A stretch of 56,930 bases of DNA, counting the filler, from Sluysia triapertura (Eukaryota): the NCBI GenBank assembly GCA_046118255.1. It is 4 parts of 4 records of this genome, joined end to end, with 100 filler letters (N's around TTAATTAATTAA, not from the genome) between each part and the next. Parts side by side here need not be neighbours in the genome. Positions count along the whole stretch, not along the records: positions 21,814 to 33,923 come from JBJNIA010138615.1; positions 34,024 to 44,992 come from JBJNIA010190731.1; 2 more parts are not named here. The stretch is one strand, 5' to 3'. The notes beneath the pieces are model-generated. The model ran no database searches, had not been told where the DNA came from, and saw only the letters and a list, made by a program, of their open reading frames with translations. Below are positions 26,484-40,800 of the stretch, piece by piece. Every line of letters begins with the position of its first letter. Within the stretch, counting starts at the first letter, position 1. A program made the translations under genes and the position numbers.

Positions 26484-27432
26484 GTTTTTCTTTTGTAATA
26501 AAATAGAAATCGTCTTAAAACAAAAGGTTTTTAAGAAAGAAATTATGATAAAAATTAAATTTAAGTTTCATAAAGCTCAAAATAAATCAAATTTAAATTT
26601 TAAAAATAATCTAAGATCCTTAACCATCAAAATCATAACCACAGTATTAATACTTCGTATTACTTTAAGCTCACACTGATTTTACAACCGAATTTATTTT
26701 ATAAAATAACAATAACGGTATATTCTGGAAACGACAACAAGATATTAGTTTATATACCTTCACAAATATTTTATACTAGCCAAATAAATCCTGATCTAGG
26801 TTATCTACGGTCTGCTCTGATAATTCAAGCTGAACATGAAATTTTTCAAGAAATTACACTCAAACAACCTTTTTGGGGTGTTGTATTTATGATCGTAACA
26901 CGCGCAAATTTTCTTGGTCGTTGTATCGGCATCAATAAATTTTTATGGCCAGATTGTCTTCAATCGACTTTTGAGAGCAAAATGACTGATGAAATCAGAA
27001 AGAAAATTGAATACTATTTAAATTGTCCAACTGTTCCAAGTGATAATTTCAAATTTTCCAAGTACGATGATTCAATAGATCCACAATTAATAGTCAGGAA
27101 ACCTGTTATTAATTGCATTTACACATTAATATTCATTACTTTGTATGAAGTAATTTTAGTAATGCAACAAACATTAGATAAAAATTCAATTCGAATGAAA
27201 TATAGTGTCAAGGAAAAAATACGGTAGAAGTAACACTTTTAATATCATTACTCGTTAGTTTGACAATATTTCTAGTTATTTTAACGGCATATTGTACAGT
27301 AAAACAAATTCATGAACCTTTGTCAGAGAGAAGCAAAAATAAACGATATGCACCTAAGTAAGAATTAAGAGATTTACGAAGTATTTTAGAAAAAATTATT
27401 ATATTATTAATTTATAATAATTTATAATAACT

Positions 27433-27599
27433 CAAAAATAATGAGTAGATAAAATTTGATTATTGTTTTATCTTATTTACTACTATTATACTACCATTAC
27501 TGCTATAACTATTACTACTGAGTTGCGACCCCCATCACTACAGTTGGTGTGATATCTGAAATTAAAAAAGATATAAAATAAATTAATATTAAATAAAAA
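27433..27599. repeat. ~170-bp direct repeat, copy 2
   Basis: Closely similar to 26315-26483. Confidence 0.95.
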
Positions 27600-30569
27600 T
27601 TTTGCCTAAAAATAAATCGATGGCATTGGAATACATGATATTAAATAAAGATGTAATATGAAATTTTTGAGATTTGAATGATTTGTTACAGTTTTTGTCG
27701 GGAGAATTTGATGTAAAATATAATCATACTGAAGATTCTGCAGAATTTGGAATTTACAATGTAACTGTTCATCATAAAGTATTTTTTCTGATTCAAGTAC
27801 CACAATTGTCACTTCATATTGGAAAATTATTAAATTGTTACGTGACATCACGTTGAAATTTGGAGGAAGATTCTGAAATTGAATCATCATACAAATTATC
27901 GAAAAATTTATTAAAGAATATAGTGAACATTAATTTAATGAAATTCCTTTCTTATTCATTCTTGTTGCTTGTAAAAATTCAGTATGCAAATTTAATTCTA
28001 GGAATCTCAGTAATCCGATTACATCTGAATCTAGAATTCAAGTTCCAGTAATTCCTTTGATGCAGTAGATTTACAAAATAATATTCAGAAACAACGATAC
28101 GATAAACACGTAATAACTTCAGTAACCGACAAATTTAATCAGAAACGTTTAGATGTCTATATTTACATGATATTAAGTATGATTATATTTGTTTTAGTGA
28201 AAACGTTTATATGTCATAATTAAATTAAATTTTGTGTATTTTTTAAGATTTTGATTTTGTTTAATGGCCTTAAGCCTATGTTAATTAGTTTCTTAATAAT
28301 TAAGAATTTTAACATATTTGTTAATTCGTTTATAAGTTTGATTAAAGCGGTTAAAAATAATAAGTCTAATTCGTTAATAATTGAGAGTTATAACATATTT
28401 ATTAGTTTGTTAATTAAGCTAAATTAAACGTTTAATAAGAATAAGTCCTCCAAAAGGCCTAAAGTGTTATTTAGAATTATGATGTGGTTCTTTAAAGAAA
28501 TTCTGCTATCATAATTGTATTAATAATTTAGGAGTTAGCCTGTGATCCGAGTCTTCCATAGGATTTTTAAACGTAAAGTAATGGTAGTACTAAGAAACTA
28601 TGTGAAACTATGGTAGTTGAAATCTCGATAATCACTTTGCACTTTGAGTTTAATAAAACTCACTATTTTTTGTAATATTATTTAAAAACAATGTATCAAC
28701 ATATTTAAACCGGCGTGAAAACAAATTTACAAACACGATTTAATTTTCAACTTTAAAACTATGTAATTTATTTTTTGATGTTTTGGATCCCAGTAATATG
28801 GTTTACAAAAGTGGTAAGCGTATTTTAAATATATTTCGGGTGCTTTGTACTAAAATAAATAAAATACATAAATAAATACTAAAATAAATATATACATATA
28901 TTCAGTAAGTAAGTTATCAATAGAACAACGTAAATTAAAAAACGTATTACAAAATTAAAATTTAAAGTAGAGGTTCTTTAAATATTCTTATGATAATTTA
29001 GTTTAACATTTTAATAACCTTAAAGAACTTTTCAAACATTAAAAAAATGATTTTGAGTAGATAATTTAGCTATCTAAAAAACACTTAAAAATATATATAC
29101 AAACGTTTAATTTTTTTGTTTTATTATTACTCTTCCTTGAGCAACTGTCTAATATTATATTATTTAGTCAAATTGAGGTTGAATTAACTCGTTCAATTCC
29201 AAATTATATAAAACCAAAACAAAATAGGAAAACCAGAACCAAAAATGTAATCCAACAAATGAGCATTGTATGCACTTTTATTCGAGTACGTAATTACTTG
29301 TATTCTATGTACATATGTACTCATTAATTTCCAGAATTATATTAATGATTGTTAAGCGAGAACACACGTACTTTTTTTATGCTGTCCAGAGTGAATAACC
29401 ACTCTATTTTTAGTCAAGAATTGATTAGGCTACAAAGCCTAATTAAAATTATTATTATTATATTTGTTGGGATTGTCCAACTGTGAATCATGAGTTGAGT
29501 CTGAGGCGCATGGAACCATAAATTGGAGGAAGAGTTGATACGAAGTGATGGATTGAAAAGATAAACATTGTTGGAAAATAAAAACATTTATAATAAGGTT
29601 AAGAGATGAAGAATACCTGGACATTCCAAAGACCTATATAAGGTGTTGAGACCTTGTGGAAGCTTGAAGAGGACTTAAAAACCTTTGAAGGTATTAGAAC
29701 ACTTATGAACTTGTAATTTTGAGATCATCTAAGGCCATTAACCTTTAAATATTTTGGAAACCTTGATAAGCATTAAAGATCTTCGAGTAATAATAAGCAT
29801 GAATAAGTAGAGGTGAAGGTGAAAAGCCTCCAGAATGCCTTATATATTACTAAATAACCTTGGAACCTTAATAAAACCTTTAAACAAAATAAAATTAACT
29901 CTAAAAATAGATTAATTAATTAAAAATCTTGATAAACTTAAGAAAAAGTACGTTTTTTGTGAATAACTTTTGAATGTGGAATGTTGTGTTGAATCTGAAA
30001 CTGTGTATGTATTTGCTTGAAAAGACCTTTAGATGAAGGTATGGTTTGACCGAGTTCATGCAAGGAAAGTTTTAATATTGAGCAAAGTCAAATTTTGATT
30101 ATGGAATGTTGAATTTTTAATACTTGGAATGATGCAAATTTGATGAATGGAATATGAGATGATTGCTATGAAAGAGGAGAATCTGAAAGTGAGTTCGAAG
30201 TGTTTGTAAAATGATTACTTTGAGAATCATAAGCTTAAAACATTTATCATAGAAAATTTGGTGTGAAAACCAGAAATCAATTAAATTCCGAAAACTAAAA
30301 TTAAATTACTTATTTTTAATGTATGTTAACAATAATAATGATTGTTATTTTAATGTAAGAAGTAATTTAAGTAAAAATAGATTGAGTAGAGTAAAAAAGA
30401 AATGATGGTTGATAATAAATCAGATTTCTATGATCTGCATTAAAAGCATCAATAAAAATGATTATTTTGACCTAGAAAGGCCCTTTATAAACCATTATCT
30501 TTAAAAACTACATTATTTGCTTTGGAATCAGATATATTTTATTAATTATTAATAATTATTAATACTAAA

Positions 30570-30860
30570 AACAAATGAACTGGATAATTTTCCAATTATG
30601 TTAATATTAAAAGAAGGTCCACATTTTTCAGAGATAATGTATTATCCAGGAATATTTGCAGCATAAGAAAATTCATAAGTACTATCTTGTTCTAGACAAT
30701 TCAATTCAACTTTCTTTGGCCCGTCGATGTTAACTGTAACTGGACTTGAAGATATATTTTTAGTGTCTAGCCAGATCATCTTTTGTTCACCCATAACCTT
30801 CAATTAAACTTTTGTCATAAGCAGATACCTCTCCAACCTTATATTGCTGTCATATTATTT
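30570..30860 (-). pseudogene. Decayed filamin Ig-like repeat (repeat 23-like)
   Basis: GEVSAYDKSLIEG / GEQKMIWLDTKNISSSPVTVNIDGPKKVELNCLEQDSTYEFSYAANIPG*YIISEKCG versus FLNA [73 protein letters not shown]. One frameshift and a stop at 30642-44. Confidence 0.85.
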
Positions 30861-32399
30861 ATCTTAACTTACGGCAAAATAAATTTTTAGCAGAGTCCGG
30901 TTACACTAAGTGACTTATGACGTAATTAACTATAATTATCAAATCTTCACGCGCAGTTTACTTTTTATCTTTTATCCTTTCAGCACTTAATTATTTGTTT
31001 AAAGGAAGCTTATAAGTTTATTTGTCATTTTATTAGTTTATCTCAATTCTAATTTTTCTGGTCCAAGTTTCTTTACCTTTAAATATCTGATAAATTTAGT
31101 ATTATAATTAAATTTCATATTTTCTACTTTTAATTTATGTATCTTTAAATTTCTGATATTTTCTAAAAAAATTTTTTTTCTATAAATTTATATACTATTT
31201 TTATTTTTAAGTTTATATTTGATGAATTAATTTAATGGGTAAGTAAAATCTAATAAATAAAAACGACTAGCGAAACAATTATAAATTAAAAATAATCAAT
31301 CGTACTATTGACAATACCAGAATAAAAACAGGAGTTATAATGTTTGTTATCTTCATTATCAATATTGTGCAAAAAATCGTTAATTTCATATTAAATTTCT
31401 TGGTTAATATTCTTAATCGATATAATGGATTAATATGTGAAATTATTTATTCAATTAATCTGACACAAGTTAGTACTTATAGGTTACTTGAAATAGAAAA
31501 AAATAAAGGTAAACATAAATGGAAGATATAATAAATCATATGATATATACAAAAGTAAAAACATAAAATTGGTAAATTAAAAGAACAACAATAATGCTAG
31601 CAATAATTTCAATGAAACGTTAAGTGAGTAAAGCGAATTTTGATTATGAAATGTGGACATTGTGTTTGTGTTTTATGTGTGTGTAAAATATTTTAATATT
31701 TTGTGTAAAATTGTGTTGAAACTTGTTCAAGATTTTGTTTATAAGGAATGTGTTGGATTGTATTAATGTTTGTATAGGATCATATATATTTGATTATAAT
31801 AACTTTTAGACTTTTTATTAATGTTACAATTATGTTGCACTTTATGACAAATCTACAAAAATTTAATCAAAAAGCACAATAATCACTGATGTTTATTATA
31901 AAATATAAAAATTGATGTACAACAAAGAATACCAAGAATTACAGACAAAAGCATAAAATGATAATATGTATTTTGAAATTGAAGCCTTTTTTGGGCCTTT
32001 AATTCGTTATTTGTAACTCGGGAACTAAAAAAATTTACAAATGAGATTTTCAGTATATTTTTAGATGTGCACTCAATGAATGAAATCGTCCTTATAATTA
32101 AAGCAAAACTTACTCATTTTTTGGTATTTTTTAAATATAAAATAATATTAATCTAAATCCTTAGCCAAAATATTATATATCCCTCTTTCTTCAAAATTGT
32201 AATGATTAAATTAATTGTGCTTTTAAATTGAGAATTTAAATGTTACTGATGCCAATATATGCACTGGTCATCAGCCAATCAAAATCAATGGATATTCTGA
32301 AAAATTTCAGAATTTTCGGTTGTTTTTAGAAAATATTATTTTATTTTATAGAAAATGGTTCATTTTCATGAAATTGTCGTTATTTTAGGGGTTTTGATG

Positions 32400-32577
32400 A
32401 CAACCTAACAACATTATTTTTATTGTTGTGAAGATTTGTTGAATTTTAAGTGTTGTGTTATTAGTGTTTCCCATTTTTGTACTTTATTTGTTGATATTTA
32501 ATAACTCCGATAGGTTAGTTGATGTTTGTTTATGAATTTCTTTATGATAATTATGTTTTGGGGTTGAATTCACTACA
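32400..32577 (-). mobile_element. LTR-like 5' end (copy E)
   Basis: Minus strand begins TGTAGTGAATTCAACCCC at 32577, followed by a C/A-rich tract like the other copies. Confidence 0.45.
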
Positions 32578-33923
32578 ACCACAATATGCAGAAACCAAAC
32601 TAAAAAGAAAAAGCAAGATTTTTAAATTGTTTCTTTATCGAATACACTTGCATTTTATTTAATATAAATATTTTAATTTCATTTTTAATTGCACACGTTG
32701 AACGAGGTATCAAGTTCAAGTCCCACTCAGTACATACATGAAGTTTATAGCTGGTCCAATTCGATGTTGAATAAACTGAGCGTAAGTAAATAAAGTTCTA
32801 AGTTCTTGGCTTATTAATGAAGTATGCGAATGTTCGTATTCAAAATTAACCGAAAATTATAATTATACATTTTACTGAATGTAAAGGGAACATTTTTACA
32901 ATCATGTTGGATTTTACTTTTATATTCAATTGATTCCATTTTGTTTTGAAAAAAATGTATTAAAGATTAAGTAATGTATGTAAAAAGAAATTGACGTTCA
33001 CAAATTACGTATTAAATATGAATAGCATCCGATTTTATATTCATATTTAGGTTGACTACATACTGAATACTCTATATACATCAATAAAGTATAAAATGTA
33101 TGATATGAATGGTGTAGGAGTTTTTGATGAATGGTGTATGGTGTAATTCAGTGAATAGTTTTACTTATTCGAAAGCCAGCCAAAATGAAATAACGGTTAT
33201 TTGAGTGATGAATCAAGTCATTTTATTTCGTGTTGCTTGTAAAATAGGAGAAATTGACAGTTATTTTCCATGTTAATTTAAAGTTATTGTTAATGTCTAA
33301 GATATGATTTGACACAATGAGATGTACTCTAATTCTCCGTTACTTATTTTGAAAGCTAGTATTGCAGTTTTTAAATATTTTAAACCACCTTTGAAATAAT
33401 TACATTTAGTTAATATTTTCTTATTCTTGATGTTGAATTAAAAATCAAAATGTTTTAATAGTACATTTAATAATTTCATTTGATGTTGTACGATTCCAGT
33501 TTTTAATTAGTCAAATAAAAACAATAAGTGTTGATATAAAGCAATATAAATAATCTAAATCAACAATAGAATGTTGATCATGATTTTATTTAAAAAATCA
33601 TATGTTAAAGAATTTTTCATTGAAAATTTGTAATAATTTTATTTTTCGGTTTTAGATCAAGTTTTATTTTAGAATCATTTCTTAATCCAATTCAAAATAA
33701 TAATTGTAATAATAATAATGCTACGGAAGGCAGTGTTATTTCTAAAGTATTAGTTTAGAATAACTTAATAATTAATAAAATAATTATATATATTCATATT
33801 TTGAGTAGCGTACAAATAATCAAGTATTCTCTCTACTTTGGTTTTCAAATTATCTCGTAATAATCTTTAACTTGCCATAATCTTTTGTCGTAAGTATTGT
33901 CTCCTATTTGTCTTAAATTTTTG

Positions 33924-34023
33924 NNNNNNNNNNNNNNNNNNNNNNNNNNNNNNNNNNNNNNNNNNNNTTAATTAATTAANNNNNNNNNNNNNNNNNNNNN
34001 NNNNNNNNNNNNNNNNNNNNNNN
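33924..34023. other. Artificial contig spacer N44-TTAATTAATTAA-N44
   Basis: Same as 21714-21813. Confidence 0.97.
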
Positions 34024-34980
34024 TTTTAAAATGATTTATTTATGTTTTATCTAAAGATATTATTAGTTATCATTAATATTTGAAATTTAGGAAAATATTT
34101 GAAAATTTAAATCTTTTACTAAAAATGTATTAGAAATGGACTACACATAAGTACACTTTACACATATGACTTACAAAGCTATTTTGTATATTATTTAGGA
34201 CATTCCAATATTACGCTTAGATCACATAACCAGGTTTATTCAAGAATATTTTGATGAATTTTCTAAATTTTTTTAGTAAAATATTTCACTTCATTGAGTT
34301 TTATGTTTTATATCGATGTAATATTCGTGTACAGTTTCTTAATTAATTGTTACTTTTATTCTTCTTTTTGGTTGGATCGATTCAAATAAAACTGAATTTA
34401 ACTATGTTAACAAAAGTAAAACTAATTTTTGTGGATGCAAATTATGGGATATAAGTTGAAACGAACTCTTCCAAATTATCAAGAGTTGCTATTCGAATTA
34501 AAATAAATCCGATCCGAAATTCAGAATCACATTATAACTTAATTCAATTCTCCATCAAAAAGAAATAAATTATAAGTTTGTCTCTGGCTTAAGATCAAAT
34601 GATATGGTAAAAAGTTTCTTTTGTGAAATACATTTGAACATCAATAAAGTTTTGTTTTCAATTTGTACCAAATACATTTTATTAATTATATTAAAGGAAT
34701 GAAATATATCACAATCATATTGATCACGTTTTGAAGTTTTCAAACACCTATTTAAAACGTATCAAAACTTCACAAAATTAAGGAAGTATACGAATTTCAA
34801 TCAATACTTATTTTAAATGTTGATCAAAGTTTTTATGCTTAAATTAAAGTGCAATAAAAATATTAAATGAATAAATAATTTCCGTGCAACAAACATTAAT
34901 CTAAATATACTATCGAAACAAAACAAAAATATAAAAATATTCATTAATAAAAGCAAAATATATTATAAAAGTGAAACTAT

Positions 34981-35612
34981 TTAATTTTTCAAAATTTCAA
35001 TTTGACATGGTGGATCGCGTTCAGAACATAATTTTATCACTTCATGGTACATCTTACACTGATTCGTAGTACCATTATGTTCAATCTGTCGTAATTTGTA
35101 CACATAATTTTGCGGTAATCCACACTGAAGTGCACCGCGTAAAATAACATCTAAATAATACGGTGATGGTGAAAGAATTTCAATATTATTTAGCTTATAC
35201 GTACGACATTTAATCAACTGAAAAAGTTCATTAATTAATTTTCATATTTAAATTACTTTTTGTTCAGTATTCAATAAAATTTCTACTTCCAAAGCACAGT
35301 ATAATAACGGAACTCCTTCTTGCTTATCCAAAATATTCATATCTTTGTTATCTAGCTTCCAAACAGCTCCCCAAACCTCACATTTATCGGCCGGAATAAT
35401 AGTTGCTACACCTCCATTCCAAGAAGGATTTTCAACATTTACTTTACAAAATAATAATTCATAATTCTCCAATTTACCAACGTCAAAAAATTCTGCACTT
35501 TTGTTATTAATCGAAATTCTTTGATGTAATAAATTACTGCCGTATGCAAAATAATAAAAATATTCTACAATTTAATTACAAAATATATTTTGTAACCTTT
35601 ATTATGAGCCAT
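34981..35612 (-). CDS. GGCT: Gamma-glutamylcyclotransferase, complete; exons 35612-35597, 35564-35257, 35217-34981 (186 aa)
   Basis: MAHNKEYFYYFAYGSNLL...WNGGVATIIP...EVWGAVW...LDKQEGV (catalytic Glu)...CRTY...PSPYYLDVILRGALQCGLPQNY. GT-AG introns of 32 and 39 nt keep the frame. Confidence 0.95.
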
Positions 35613-37813
35613 TAAAGTTTATATATTATTTTAAGTATAACTACTTTAAATGTAAATTGCACAAATATTGTGGACTATGTAATACTTTATAATCTACATA
35701 GAGCGTAACTGTAGTAACTACAATAAAAATTTGTACTATAAATAAATTACATTTATAAATTTCAGTATGTATTTCTATTTATTTACATCAAGAGAAATTT
35801 ATATTGTAGTTTCTACCATATGTTTTCGTGGTTATCTCTCTGGATTTAGGTTGAATGAATTCAGACTATAAATAAAACAAAAGAGATAAGTTGATAAGAA
35901 CAGTTATAATGAAGTAAGCGTCTATCGTATAAAGTATTTCAAGGTTACATATTATATTTCCAGTTGAAATAAATTATGTATTTTGGTATTATTTCCTGGT
36001 CAGTCCATTTTAAGAAGTCAAACAATACTGTTTTAATTTAATTAATGTGTTAGAATAGTTTTAGCAATGCCTGAGAATTTCAAATAAACAATAGCAGAGT
36101 TTCTTGTGCCAAATTCAATCATCTACGTTGATTGTCTAACATTTTGTTCCGCCTTAATTTTGTGAACTAACGGTAATTATAAGACAATAATAATAATAAA
36201 TATATATAATTTGTAATTTATAGTTGACCAGAAGATTTGAAACTTCGGATATCATATAAAATAAAAAAATTCAAATTTCTCAGTCACAAAAAGAAGCAGT
36301 TTGTGTGTTTCGACGAATTTTGCCAGAAGAAAATTTCTGCAAACTATGAAGCTTTACGATGCATGCAATGGTATGGCACATTATCCGCAAGGTCATTCGA
36401 AAATTATGGCACGTATTAAAAATAATTAAAACTTATGTATGGAATTAGTACGTGAAAATTAAAAATAGTAATAATAAAATAATTATAGAAATAAATAATA
36501 ATTAATGTAATTATAATATTAATAATAATAAAAATCATAATGAAAAAATTTTCGTCAGTAGGATAAGCAGACAAATCGCGTAAGCAATAAAGTTAATAAG
36601 TATATATTATATCAATCAAAATAAGTTTTGTATAAAAACTTGAGTTAATGTGAAATTTTTGGAAAAAATGAAAGAAATTGTTGTAGCATATTAGTAATAT
36701 AAAAATTGAAGTCATAATCTAAATTATCGGAGGTAACGCAAGGAATTATTAGAAGTGTTAAAATGAAATTATATTTCATAGAATACTGAGATAAACTAGA
36801 AACACATAAAATGAATCATCGTTGAAGTACGAATCTGATATTTATTTAATCAAAAAATAGCATTGACGTATTATGCATTAAAAATGATCTTTCTGTGTTA
36901 GTAGTTAGAATGAAAAATCAAATCACAAGTTGAGATGATGATTATTTAAGGGAATACAGTGTAACGAAATGTTATTTTAAATGATGTGTTTATTGAAAAA
37001 TGTAAAGGAAAATGTAATGTAAAGTTAATTAGTCAAATCAATCATTTTTGATAGATTAGGAACTTAAATAGATTTGCCAGATTTAATCTAAGTTGGTTTG
37101 ATTAAGTAATATCAGTTTTGTGCGGACTGATTGTGGCATTGTTAATAACACACAATGTTAATTAACGATTATTGGATATACGATTTAGCAATTCTTAGTT
37201 ATAACGTTTATTTGGGTATTAAACTTTTGTCAATGGTAATTGATATTTATTATGATAATTCATAAGTTGTATTAATTGAAATAAAGAGTATATAATTGAG
37301 GTTAAATATCATTTTGATTAAATAATTAATTTAAAATTATTTAAAACAATCAACAGATGAAAAACCTTAATTATGAGAAAAATCAAGTATTAATTAATTC
37401 TCAAAATATTAGATTTTCATGAATCGAACATGAACGAATTGCTATGATGAAAATAATTTAGAAATGGTTTGTTTGATAACACAAAGCTTAAACGTTGCAT
37501 TATTTGATATTAATCAAATAACTAAAGTTAAAATCATTACTGTTAAGTATGTTAATGGTAACAATAATTATGGTAATGAGAAGTAATTTAGCAAGAGTAG
37601 ATGGAGAAGACTAGATGAAAATATTACCTTAATATTAATCAAATTTTTTTTCTCAATGAAGTTTGACAAAAAGTAACATATTATGATAAGTCATATTTAA
37701 CATAATAATAAAAATTATGAAATAATTTCTACAAGGTTCGTTAAACTTTTGTTTTAATACTTGTGGAAGAAAAACCACTTTTTAAATTATAATTTTATGT
37801 TTAGTTTGTATTC

Positions 37814-40800
37814 ATGACTAGACAGAAAAGTATTTTGAGCTTATTATCAATCCATAAACATTTACGTAAATTTAATTTAATTAATATTTTGGTTTAGAAG
37901 CTGGTTTTCATTTATCAAAATTTTTACTTAAAAAAGATTATTATCAAACGCTTGGTTTAAATAAAAATGCAACAAGTAAAGAAATAAAATCGGCATATTA
38001 CCAGTTAGCGAAAAAGTATCATCCTGATAAAAATAAAGATGATAAAGAAGCAGAACAAAAATTTAAAGATATCAGTGAAGCTTACGAGGTATTAAGTGAT
38101 TCCAATAAAAAACACCAGTATGACACGTACGGAACTACTGGTAATATGGGTGGTGGACCTGATGGTAGTGGGTTTGGTGGTGCTTATTCTCGGCAAGCAG
38201 CAGAGGATTTATTTCGCAGAATTTTTAAAGATGCTGGTATTTTTGGAGATTTTGGTTTTAATGTCGGACAAGGTTTGTCATATTAAGTCATAATTATAAT
38301 AATCTATATTGTAATTCTTAAATTAATTTTAGTGTATTTAGGACATTTTAAATATTAATATTTCATCTTTTATGAATCTTTTTCGAAACGTTATAGATAT
38401 TATCGAATTTGAATCATAGGTTGTATTAAATTATCAAATGTAAGTAATTACTAAATTTTGGTATTTGTGCCTTGAATGCCATCCGTCAGGTTAAATTTTT
38501 CGAACAAGGTAACGTTCTTTATTCAGGTGATAATGCAGCTGCGATATACAAAGTAGTGTAGAATGGATCAACTCGAAAGTATTCCTGGTGACAGTTACGG
38601 ACACTAATTTGTTGCTTGCAATACGAAATAACATTTCCAAAAAATCTTGGACCGTCATGTAACATCATGCACTTTTTTTCAAATAGACCTCATTTCCCCT
38701 GAAATAGATCCCAAGTTTTTATTTCTGACACTAAAACTAAGTAAAATCTAAAATTTAACCCAAACAAAAATTATAAATATGTACTTATAATCTTGAAACT
38801 ACCTAAAGTTTCAATTTGTAAGTCCTAAAAATCGAAATACGACTAAAATATATTTTTTGAATTACAGATATAAATACGGAAGAAATGTACAGTACTCACC
38901 AAGAGGTATCAATAACACTTTCTTTCCTTGAAGCTGCTCGTGGGGTTCAGAAAGATGTTAATGTAGAGTTAATTTCTGAATGTGATCGCTGCCATGGAAG
39001 TAAAAGTGAACCGGGTTCTTCTGGTAATGCTACCTGTAGTAATTGTCGGGGTAGTGGATACGAAATAAGTCATAATGGACCTTTTATGATGCGTAGTACC
39101 TGTACAAAGTTAGTTTATTTTAAAGTTCTAATTATAATCTACGATAATAATTAGATTATTATTGTTACCAGCAGTTTAATTGTATTAAAAGTGAACGTTA
39201 CTTCTTGATAGTCACGAACATTTGCATACTAATTTATCGTTCTGAAAAAGATGCTACTTTTATGAAAATTAAAAAATTATTCCTATCGTTTTAGTTCAGA
39301 ATTTTTGATTGACGCATTTTTTAGGTCATTGATTTTTAGGAAAATCTCAATGATTTTTTACACCTGCAGGATGCAAATGAAAACAACAAAATGTTTACTG
39401 ATGCAAGTTCTTCTTAAATTTATCCCCTCGCAACATAAACACAAAGTTTACAGAACAGTGTATAAAGTTAGTAGATAACTTAGACATTCTGGAGAAAATA
39501 TGAATAAATTTCTTATGCTTTTAAAGTAAGCAAATAATTTCATGAATAAGATTATTCGACAAATTAATATTATTAAATTACTGTGTTGTACAAATAATGA
39601 ACTTTAAAATAAACAAATAACTGAATCAACCTAATATCCTAAAATATAGTTTAAATATATATAACAAAATCACTCTCAACATTTCACAATTCTTAATACT
39701 TTCAAACACTGTAAACATAAAATTGCGTAACATCAAAATCATATTCGATATCAAAAACCAACATGTATTCAAAAAATTAATTCAACACATTGCACCTAAA
39801 TCCACATTCCATAACATTTTACCTATATATATATATATATATCTAAACCTTTTCCATATTTTAATTACTTCAGATCCACTAAAACTATTTTCATACCTTA
39901 AAACATTTTTTAATTCTCAATCTGTCAACATCTAAATAATAATTACATTTATGAACTATCAATCTACAATTCAAGTTCATTTCAAACATTTTTTATTTAC
40001 AAAGTTACAACATCAAAATCACTTATACATTCAAAATCATCATTAAACATTAAATTTTATTACATACATTTTCAAGTCACAACCTTCCAACATCCAAACT
40101 TTTCTTTCACTCAGAAACATTGTAGTATATCTAAAGATAATTTAAAACATTCATCCATTATTTTATAGCATTGGAATTTCTCAAAGTATCACAAAATATT
40201 ATGAATTTTCTGAATCATAGAAATAACAATATTTATGTTAAAGTAGTGCAATTACAAATTAATAGTACTAATAGTTCTACTGAATCATTTTATAAATCTA
40301 GACAATTTAATTTAAAGTATATATTTTTCCTGAATTCTGAATTCGAAAAGAAAATTAAATGTATATCTAGATTAATTATAACACTTGATAATCAAGAAAT
40401 ATCTGTTAAATTATATTTTATCATAAATTAGTTATTGTTGATGTGGTAGATATAGATTTGTATTTCATCACAATTCCAGCAACATCTTTAAAGATACTCG
40501 TTTCAAGTAAAAAAAATAAAAACTGGCTATTCTAAGTTTATCTATAATGGGTCTTTGCTTATACGGAACAACGCAATCTGGTGAATGCAGGAAATATAGC
40601 AAGAATTGCACATACTGTCATACAATTCTTGAATTTCATATTAGTTATGAGTATCCAGCTTACTGCATTGACCATTATCATAGGATAAAGTCTATTTTAT
40701 CAACTTTAGGAACTTAAGACTATGTACTAGATCCAGTCCTTTATCCTGGTGTTCGTTCAATTTATAGTTCCAGTAGTGTTGGAAACACGTATATTAACAA

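Noticed and set aside
29620-29890. ACCTT..AAGG-rich degenerate repeat
   Set aside because: No consistent period or unit could be defined.
32690-32735. tRNA-like B box (GTTCAAGTCCC)
   Set aside because: No A box or cloverleaf; at most a SINE or tRNA relic.
3513-35612. GGT7 and GGCT as a glutathione-cycle gene cluster
   Set aside because: 31 kb apart and separated by three assembly gaps, two of them artificial spacers.
38096-38293. 65-aa ORF in the track
   Set aside because: Off-frame overlap of the DNAJA3 J-domain exon.
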